Made by a program: the position numbers and the translations under genes
The notes under the pieces: generated by a model
Seen by the model: the letters and a program-made list of their open reading frames with translations, nothing else
What the model was told of the DNA's origin: nothing
Database searches by the model: none
In this document: positions 26,240 to 32,357 of the stretch, piece after piece
How positions within the stretch are numbered: position 1 is the first letter of the stretch
How the letters are laid out: each line of letters opens with the position of its first letter
Assembly: GCA_903839975.1 (NCBI GenBank)
Contig: CAIMEH010000002.1
Location: 1 to 63,628 of the forward strand
DNA length: 63,628 nucleotides
From: an uncultured Candidatus Berkelbacteria bacterium
GTDB lineage: Bacteria > Patescibacteriota > UBA1384 > 2-12-FULL-50-11
Reading direction: 5' to 3'

Positions 26240-26749
26240 TTATGTTCTGCTCTTAAATACAAAATGACTTACGTTTTGGTCCATGTCGGTATGTTGGTCG
26301 AGCTCTTCTAGGAGTTTGGCGCTGGTACTTTTACCGAATGAGATACCCTCTACTCGGCAGCCCTTATTCTCGTGCAGGTAGCGGACCAATGGCGAAAAGT
26401 CGCCGTCACCAGTGACTAATACAACCACATCGATGCGGTCAGCGATTTTAATTGCATCAACGGCAATACCCACGTCCCAGTCCCCCTTTTTGCTTCCGTC
26501 GCCGAATACCTGAATATCTTTTGAAACAATCTCTAAACCAGTCTTAGTAAGGGCATCAAAAAAACCTTGCTCCTTTGGAGCCTCGGACTTGATCACGTAT
26601 GCTAAAGCCCTAATAAGCTGACGATTGGCCGTAGCCGTTTCTAAAACGCGGGCAAAATTGACACTTCCATTATAGATAGCACGAGCGCTGTGGTAGAGAT
26701 TTTGCACATCGATGAAAACCCCCACTCTCTGGTTGTTGTAGTTAGCCAT
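26240..26749 (-). CDS. NYN (LabA-like, PIN-related) domain protein
   Basis: VGVFIDVQNLYHS...VLVTGDGDFSPLV pattern of LabA/DUF88 NYN domains. Confidence 0.75.
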   Translation of the reverse strand: MANYNNQRVGVFIDVQNLYHSARAIYNGSVNFARVLETATANRQLIRALAYVIKSEAPKEQGFFDALTKTGLEIVSKDIQVFGDGSKKGDWDVGIAVDAIKIADRIDVVVLVTGDGDFSPLVRYLHENKGCRVEGISFGKSTSAKLLEELDQHTDMDQNVSHFVFKSRT

Positions 26750-26787
26750 AATTTAATACTACTCCACTGGCGTGAAACTGCACAATG

Positions 26788-27060
26788 TTAGATTTCGGGA
26801 ATTGACTGCCAATCTTCGGAGTCTTTCTCAGGTTCGTCGTGGGTTATCTCTTCCTTTGCTATGACTGGTGGCTTGATTTCTTTATCCTGACCATCCATCC
26901 GCAAGACAATTCTTTTTCGTTTTCGGTCGAATTCTAGCTGAACCAAATCGCCTTGCTTTACGCCGATTTCAGTTAGCCATTTTTTTGGGGGCAATAAGGC
27001 CAGAGAGTACTTCCCAAACAAAAACAGTTTGCGTTTATCTATTCTGGCCATGTTTGACAT
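26788..27060 (-). CDS. AbrB/MazE/SpoVT-like small DNA-binding protein with an acidic tail
   Basis: The segment LALLPPKKWLTEIGVKQGDLVQLEFDRKRKRIVLRM resembles a swapped-hairpin AbrB fold. Confidence 0.5.
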   Translation of the reverse strand: MSNMARIDKRKLFLFGKYSLALLPPKKWLTEIGVKQGDLVQLEFDRKRKRIVLRMDGQDKEIKPPVIAKEEITHDEPEKDSEDWQSIPEI

Positions 27061-27152
27061 ATATCATACCTCGAGTAGAAAAAACAAGAGAAAGAATTTT
27101 AAAATATCAAAAAAGTATTGACCTATGTTATAAAATAGAGCAAAATATACGC

Positions 27153-27410
27153 AAGGTAACGTGCGTTGTCGTTGGACACCTAGTGTGACTTCGGGGTACG
27201 TTCTCGTACATTGATTCATGTGGATTAGGCGAGGGATACAAGCTTCAGTGTCAAAGCTGATCGATTATCGATCTTGCTTGTACGTCGGTCCTACACACAG
27301 TGTGCGCGCCTAATTAGGCGCTGAAGTGTTACGAAAAATACACAACAGTGCCACCCAATAAGGAGCTATCTCAAGTTCGCAGCAATGCAAACACGAGAAG
27401 CTCCTTTTCT
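27153..27410 (+). ncRNA. Candidate small RNA (orphan promoter-to-terminator unit)
   Basis: TTGACC (27118-27123), N17, CAAAAT promoter. Hairpins gtacg-ttct-cgtac, tacaagc...gcttgta enclosing gatcga-tta-tcgatc, and gcgcc-taatta-ggcgc. Terminator at 27361-27410. No convincing ORF. Confidence 0.4.
27361..27410 (+). terminator. Rho-independent terminator (plus-strand U-tract)
   Basis: aggagct(a)tctc ... gagaagctcct followed by tttt ctctt. Confidence 0.6.
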
Positions 27411-27411
27411 C

Positions 27412-28023
27412 TTATCCTTGAAACTTCCTAATTACTCCCCTAACTCGACCCTGAATGATAACTTTTTTAACTCGAATTGGTTGGTATTTTTTATTGGCTG
27501 GTTGCAGGCGAATATAGTCTTTCTCACGATAAAATCGTTTTAGAGTTACTTCGTCTTTATTGATCAGCGCTACCACAATGTCGCCGTTCTTTGGTGTTTG
27601 GCACGGCTCAACAACCACGTAGTCGCCTTCCATAATAGCGTCCTCGATCATCGAGTCGCCTTTCACGCGCAAGGCGAAAACACTCTTGCCCATCATGTCG
27701 CGCGGGATCTCTAAAGATTCGCTGGTGCGAATAGCCTCGATCGGTTTACCGGCCTGAATGGCACCCATTAACGGAATACTAAAGCCATCAAACAAGCTGC
27801 CTTCGCGATCGATCTCTACACCCACAACTTTAAGCGAGCGATAGCCGGTCTCGTCGTGCGAGAGATAGCCTTTGTTCTTTAGGTTATCGACGTGTTCGGC
27901 TACGGTTGCCACCGAGCTAAAACCGAAGTTTTCGGCGATCTCGCGGTAACTTGGGCTGTAGTCGTTCTCTTCAACGAACTTTTCTATAAACTCTAAAATT
28001 TGCTTTTGTTTGGGTGTTAGCAT
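27412..28023 (-). CDS. lexA: LexA repressor
   Basis: N-terminal winged HTH (LTPKQKQILEFI...) and a C-terminal S24 peptidase domain (GDSM...K). The start was moved to ATG 28023, which is preceded by AAAGGAGAAAC. Confidence 0.9.
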   Translation of the reverse strand: MLTPKQKQILEFIEKFVEENDYSPSYREIAENFGFSSVATVAEHVDNLKNKGYLSHDETGYRSLKVVGVEIDREGSLFDGFSIPLMGAIQAGKPIEAIRTSESLEIPRDMMGKSVFALRVKGDSMIEDAIMEGDYVVVEPCQTPKNGDIVVALINKDEVTLKRFYREKDYIRLQPANKKYQPIRVKKVIIQGRVRGVIRKFQG

Positions 28024-28039
28024 GTTTCTCCTTTTGTAT

Positions 28040-28069
28040 ACCATAGCGAACAAAAACCGTACACGTCAA
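28040..28069 (-). promoter_or_regulatory. lexA promoter (TTGACG-N18-TATGGT) with an embedded operator-like 17-mer
   Basis: The spacer is TGTACGGTTTTTGTTCG (28047-28063). It matches 16/17 positions of the spacer in the promoter at 30302-30331. Confidence 0.6.
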
Positions 28070-28082
28070 GGGGTGTTTGTAC

Positions 28083-28123
28083 AAAAAAATAGCCCGCTTC
28101 GCACTGATGTGCAAAAACGGGCT
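28083..28123 (-). terminator. Rho-independent terminator after the 182-aa ORF
   Basis: The minus strand reads agcccg...cgggcu followed by auuuuuuu. Confidence 0.65.
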
Positions 28124-28140
28124 GGTTGAGGTCGAGACAG

Positions 28141-28689
28141 CTAGCTAGCTGTATAGCCAAGTCTATCGAAAGTGTCCGGAAGAGACCGCCATAGTTCGTC
28201 GACTGGGGTGCGCTGCCAAGCAACGCCCTTAATGCCGCACTCCTCTTCGTGCTGGACGATCTCGGCAAGAGTTGACCACATTTCGCTGCCAGGCTGTATG
28301 TCGTTGCGGTCGGACATTGGGATGTTTATGGAGCTACCATCACGCAGTCGAGCCAAATACCACCACATAGCTACGTGCCGTGTACCGCCACCCTCCTCTT
28401 CGCTGATAATGTCCTTTCGGTCATCGAGATAGAATCTTTCCAAGACATCGATCTCCGCGCCCAGCTTCTGCCTGACGCATCGATGTACGGCGACGTCCGA
28501 TCCTTCAGATGCCCCGTACCCCATTCCAGGGAAATGACGCTCTTCAGCGTCCGAGAGCTGGCTCCTTAGCTCCTCGAGTAGATCTCTTGATGGCTTCATT
28601 TTGACAGTCAGCACCTTGCGCTCGGTCGGGTGAAGTATGACCACGCAGACGATAGACTCAAACAGTCCCCTAACTGATGTTTTGTTCAA
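28141..28689 (-). CDS. Hypothetical protein (182 aa), GC-rich, possibly a degenerate Nudix-like fold
   Basis: TTG start with GGAGG 9 nt upstream. Visibly higher GC (about 54%) than its surroundings. A Nudix-box-like stretch is present but lacks the catalytic Glu residues. Confidence 0.5.
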   Translation of the reverse strand: MNKTSVRGLFESIVCVVILHPTERKVLTVKMKPSRDLLEELRSQLSDAEERHFPGMGYGASEGSDVAVHRCVRQKLGAEIDVLERFYLDDRKDIISEEEGGGTRHVAMWWYLARLRDGSSINIPMSDRNDIQPGSEMWSTLAEIVQHEEECGIKGVAWQRTPVDELWRSLPDTFDRLGYTAS

Positions 28690-28729
28690 CTTAATGTTCC
28701 TCCGTCGGATTGAATGAGGATATTTTACC

Positions 28730-29986
28730 CTAAATTGGTCGTTTTAGAAAGGGGCTGGAGCTCGGTGTATAGAGTCTTTTGTTGCGGCCGTCAGGTAGGC
28801 TAAAGATTCGATGACGAATGTTGGCTAGGGCGCCGCGATGAACCGTAAACTCACCGTAACGGACGTTGATCTTGTCAACGGCCTTGATTAAGCCTTTGTA
28901 CTTACGGTCGATCTCGAATAACGGCTCGGTAATATTAACAGCTTGAGATAGCTCCGAGATGCAGACGCCGATAAATCGCACAGGCTTATTGTACGGCAGC
29001 TTCTCTAAAGCTGGCAGAGTGGCTTGATATATCTGTAAACCGTCGAAGATATACTCTTTCTGGGTGTGGCGCTCGCCCCAGCCGGTGTGATCGCTGAACC
29101 GAAGGTAAACCGAAACTGTCCGACCGACTAGGTTTTTCTTTCGCAACCGGACTCCAACCCGTTCGGATAAAAGCAGAATGGCTTTCTTAACATCCTCCAT
29201 CGAAGAGAGGTCTTTGGGCAGGGTGTAGTTGTGGCTAATTGATTTCTCTTGTGGCAGGTCGCGGAACGAATGAACTAGATTATTATCGATACCGTTACCG
29301 ATGTTATGCAGCCAACTACCCGTAAAATCACCGAAAGCTTCGATCAGCATCTTCTTCGGAATTGCCCCCAGCTCGGCGATGGTAAAAACGCCCATCTGAT
29401 TGAGGCGTGGCCCGATACGATAGCCGATACCACAGAGCTCTTCTATAGGGGTTATCTTGGCGATAGCGGTGAAATCCTCTGGTCTTATCACTGTTAGGCC
29501 GTCAGGCTTCTTTAGCTCGCTGGCGAGCTTAGCCAGGGTCTTGCCGTAAGAGATGCCGATCGAGCAGGTTACCCACTCCCCTATCTGTTTTCTGATTAGG
29601 CGCTTCATCTGTTGAGCGATCGCCACCGCGTCGTCCCAAGTAGCATTATTCGGTAGCTCCACAAAAGCTTCGTCGATCGAGAAAACCTCCACCTTTGGAC
29701 TGAAGCGTTCGAGCATGCTAAATATTCTTTTGCTAACGAAGCTGTAACGATCGTAGTTAGCCGGGATAATAATAATCTCTGGACAGATTTTTCTGGCTTC
29801 CCAGGCGCCCATGGCAGTTTTGACGCCGAGTTTCTTAGCCTCGATCGAGGCCCCGACAACAACCGTACGCTCTCCCCTACCTTTACCGGCGACACCGACT
29901 GGTTTGCCACGCAGGTTTGGATAAGCTTGTTGCTCTAACGAGGCGTAGTAAGAGTTGGCATCAATATGCAAGACGACTTTATTCAT
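28730..29986 (-). CDS. Y-family DNA polymerase (DinB/UmuC-like)
   Basis: HIDANSYYASLEQ and SIDEAF catalytic motifs. The start was trimmed to MNKVVLHID (29986). Confidence 0.85.
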   Translation of the reverse strand: MNKVVLHIDANSYYASLEQQAYPNLRGKPVGVAGKGRGERTVVVGASIEAKKLGVKTAMGAWEARKICPEIIIIPANYDRYSFVSKRIFSMLERFSPKVEVFSIDEAFVELPNNATWDDAVAIAQQMKRLIRKQIGEWVTCSIGISYGKTLAKLASELKKPDGLTVIRPEDFTAIAKITPIEELCGIGYRIGPRLNQMGVFTIAELGAIPKKMLIEAFGDFTGSWLHNIGNGIDNNLVHSFRDLPQEKSISHNYTLPKDLSSMEDVKKAILLLSERVGVRLRKKNLVGRTVSVYLRFSDHTGWGERHTQKEYIFDGLQIYQATLPALEKLPYNKPVRFIGVCISELSQAVNITEPLFEIDRKYKGLIKAVDKINVRYGEFTVHRGALANIRHRIFSLPDGRNKRLYTPSSSPFLKRPI

Positions 29987-30037
29987 CTTGCATATGCCGG
30001 AGCGAAGCGGCGGATATCTGCAGGACAATCTTGTTCA

Positions 30038-30295
30038 TTACAGCGAAACCACTTCTTCTAGTCGCCACTCCAGATTAATAGGGTTGTAGGATAATTCGTA
30101 GGAGTTGCCCTTAACCGAGACGGCAAAGCGATAAAGTTTAGTATCGCCGTTTCTTTCGATATGGAACAAGTTCATCCTTTCTATCTTGTAGATCCGTTCA
30201 CGCCAGTGAAAGAAATGAATTTTAATGGCGCTCTCGGAAAAGCTAGCTAGTACTCTTATTGGCTCCGAAACTCGTTCGACTACCTCGCTCTTCAT
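30038..30295 (-). CDS. Hypothetical small protein (85 aa), first gene of the polymerase operon
   Basis: The start was set to ATG 30295 (MKSEVV...) because upstream codons overlie the promoter. CATAGT lies 6 nt upstream, so the mRNA is probably leaderless. Confidence 0.5.
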   Translation of the reverse strand: MKSEVVERVSEPIRVLASFSESAIKIHFFHWRERIYKIERMNLFHIERNGDTKLYRFAVSVKGNSYELSYNPINLEWRLEEVVSL

Positions 30296-30301
30296 ATATT
30301 C

Positions 30302-30331
30302 ACTATGCCGAACAAATACCGTACAAGTCAA
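30302..30331 (-). promoter_or_regulatory. Promoter (TTGACT-N18-CATAGT) with an embedded operator-like 17-mer
   Basis: The spacer is TGTACGGTATTTGTTCG (30309-30325), near-identical to the lexA promoter spacer. Confidence 0.6.
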
Positions 30332-30361
30332 GGCCAGTTTTTCTAACGAAATACCAGCTTC

Positions 30362-30390
30362 TTGCCACCCGGTCTTTTGCTCGTTACAAT
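30362..30390 (+). promoter_or_regulatory. Sigma70-like promoter, TTGCCA-N17-TACAAT
   Basis: ttgccacccggtcttttgctcgttacaat, 9 nt before the ATG at 30400. Confidence 0.6.
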
Positions 30391-30399
30391 GCGAAAGCG

Positions 30400-30978
30400 A
30401 TGTCTACGGAAAAGAAAAAAATAAGAGGAAAAGTTCGTGGTTTTGTGGCTATGCCAGGTGCTGGCAAGAATTATCTTGCCGATATCCTAAAGGAACATAA
30501 CTACGTCTCTATCGGCGGCGGCGATATTATCCGAGAGGAGTGTCGTAAGCGCGGATTGGCACTGACGAGCAAGAATCAGACAGACGTAAGCTTGGATATC
30601 TATGCCAAGGAGGGCCCGGATGCTATCGGCAAAAGAATAGCTAGTAAAGTTGAGAAGTATCTGGAAGAAGGTAAGGATGTGGTAATTGAGGGAATTCGCA
30701 AGGTTGAGGACAATCATCATTATGCCAAAAACTTTGACGACTATAAGCTTGCCTATGTATTCGTGCCAACTAAAGTTCGCCATAAGCGATTACTCGAACG
30801 ACAAGATAATGACCGCAAGGTTACTATCGATGAAATTCTAGAGCGTGATCGTGAAGAGATTGTGCATAAACGTATTGGTGACTTAATTGTTCACGCCGAT
30901 CACGTAATAAATAACACCAGTACAGACCACAAAGAGATTGAGAAACAGGTCTTGGAGTTCGCCGAAATTACTAATTAG
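30400..30978 (+). CDS. P-loop nucleotide/dephospho-CoA-kinase-like protein
   Basis: Walker A MPGAGKN near the N-terminus, 192 aa. The start was trimmed to MSTEKKK. Confidence 0.55.
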   Translation: MSTEKKKIRGKVRGFVAMPGAGKNYLADILKEHNYVSIGGGDIIREECRKRGLALTSKNQTDVSLDIYAKEGPDAIGKRIASKVEKYLEEGKDVVIEGIRKVEDNHHYAKNFDDYKLAYVFVPTKVRHKRLLERQDNDRKVTIDEILERDREEIVHKRIGDLIVHADHVINNTSTDHKEIEKQVLEFAEITN

Positions 30979-31003
30979 TGACGGTATAATTTTTGTGCTT
31001 TAT

Positions 31004-31030
31004 GGCTAGATTTTCTAGCCATTTTTTGTT
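31004..31030 (+). terminator. Rho-independent terminator
   Basis: atggctag-atttt-ctagccat followed by ttttt. Confidence 0.8.
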
Positions 31031-31088
31031 ATTATTGTTATCCCCCTAGGATTGTCTTAGGGAGATTTACTCTTATGGAGGAGAAAGA

Positions 31089-31565
31089 TTGGATTCAAAA
31101 TTGAACGTTAAAAGATATAAGTTGTTTGTAAGGGAGGCGGAGATTGCTTTGTTTAATTATCTCTGCAGTCTAGACAAGAAAGCTTCTAGGTTGAAAATAA
31201 GTGAGATTACCATTAAAAGTGAGGTCGAGGGCGACAACGGAACTCACTTTGAAGTGGCTATAAAGCTTAAAAAAGCTTCTAAATCGACACCTGAATACAG
31301 AACAATCGTTCACATTGAGAGCGTTATCGCGCATGGCTATGTGGATGACGAAGCTGTTGACGTTAAATTAATTGTTAATGCTAATGAAAGGAAACCAATA
31401 ACGCGCCACTTCCCCTTGAAGGATAGTGGTCACAGTATTAGTCGTTCATCACAAGAACATTCCTTGCTTGAGACTAGAAAGGTCTCGAGAAGGAGTGGTG
31501 CTGCAACAAGTATACGACACGCCTGCAGGCGGGTCGTTCGTTCTTTCACAGGAGGAAGAAGATAA
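31089..31565 (+). CDS. Hypothetical protein (158 aa, TTG start, Arg-rich C-terminus)
   Basis: GGAGGAG lies 6 nt upstream of the TTG. The stop overlaps the next ATG (TAATG). Confidence 0.4.
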   Translation: MDSKLNVKRYKLFVREAEIALFNYLCSLDKKASRLKISEITIKSEVEGDNGTHFEVAIKLKKASKSTPEYRTIVHIESVIAHGYVDDEAVDVKLIVNANERKPITRHFPLKDSGHSISRSSQEHSLLETRKVSRRSGAATSIRHACRRVVRSFTGGRR

Positions 31566-31840
31566 TGCCAATGCCATCAACATCGAGATCGGAAGCTTCA
31601 CATCGAGCGGTGCGCTTAACGCATCGTGAGATTGAAGTTTTGAGCCTAATAGCTCAAGGACATAGCAGTAAAGAGGCTGCCGAAAGTCTATATGTGTCTA
31701 AACGCACAGTCGATTTTCACCTTGCAAATTTGTATGACAAACTGCAGGTGAATAACAGGGTTCAGGCTTTCCGCGCGGCAACGCGCCTTGGCTTGATTCC
31801 GTTCGAACCGTCTTTCGGTTACGCTCGCGGCGAGTCGTAA
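31565..31840 (+). CDS. Stand-alone LuxR/GerE-type HTH transcription regulator (91 aa)
   Basis: LTHREIEVLSLIAQGHSSKEAAESLYVSKRTVDFHLANLYDKL is a canonical LuxR C-terminal HTH. AGGAGG lies 9 nt upstream. Confidence 0.8.
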   Translation: MPMPSTSRSEASHRAVRLTHREIEVLSLIAQGHSSKEAAESLYVSKRTVDFHLANLYDKLQVNNRVQAFRAATRLGLIPFEPSFGYARGES

Positions 31841-31911
31841 CCAGCCCAATCAAAGGGCATTCATTTTCTACAACGGCGTAGATAGGTGGATGCCCTTTTT
31901 CTGTATACGAG

Positions 31912-31939
31912 AAAAGCCTCGGCGATTGCCGAGGCTTTT
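31912..31939. terminator. Bidirectional terminator hairpin
   Basis: aaaagcctcggc-gatt-gccgaggctttt. Confidence 0.75.
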
Positions 31940-31962
31940 GAGATTGGAGCCCCACACTCCGA

Positions 31963-31989
31963 GGGCTGGAGGCGGGGCTTTGGGGAGGG
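31963..31989 (+). other. G-quadruplex-type motif
   Basis: GGGctggaggcGGGGctttGGGGaGGG on the plus strand, just downstream of the minus-strand ORF 32003-32257. Confidence 0.4.
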
Positions 31990-32002
31990 AGGAAAGAAAC
32001 CG

Positions 32003-32257
32003 CTAGCTGTGCATTTTGCGCAGCTGTTTAATGTTTCGTCGTCGATTTGCTCGACGAGCTTTCTCATCTTGTTTGACTACGAAGCCGTAAAGCATCGAAG
32101 CCAGCGCGATGAAGAAGCAGGCGAACTGGGCGTCCGGGTTCTCCTTGACGTAGTCAAGTTGAATCTCAGTGAATCCGTAGGTTATCCCTAAGTAGAGATA
32201 AATTGCGAAAACGGCCAATGCGACGGCAAAAAAGAAACGAGAATTTAATCTCTTCAT
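32003..32257 (-). CDS. Small 2-TM membrane protein with a basic C-terminus
   Basis: Two hydrophobic helices, 84 aa, no recognisable family. Confidence 0.45.
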   Translation of the reverse strand: MKRLNSRFFFAVALAVFAIYLYLGITYGFTEIQLDYVKENPDAQFACFFIALASMLYGFVVKQDEKARRANRRRNIKQLRKMHS

Positions 32258-32357
32258 ATCTTCTGTACTCCTGTAATGTGCTTTCCCACAAATCCGTGTG
32301 GGACGAGAAAACTATACCAGAAAGGCCTAGAAAAGTCAAGGACTTAGAGGGTAATAG

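Noticed and set aside
31426-31629. A programmed or mutational double +1 frameshift joining three frames into one sensor-HTH gene.
   Set aside because: The LuxR-type ORF has its own strong SD sequence (AGGAGG-N9-ATG) and a TAATG stop/start overlap with the upstream ORF. This is fully consistent with two coupled genes. The possibility is mentioned in the findings but is not supported as a feature.
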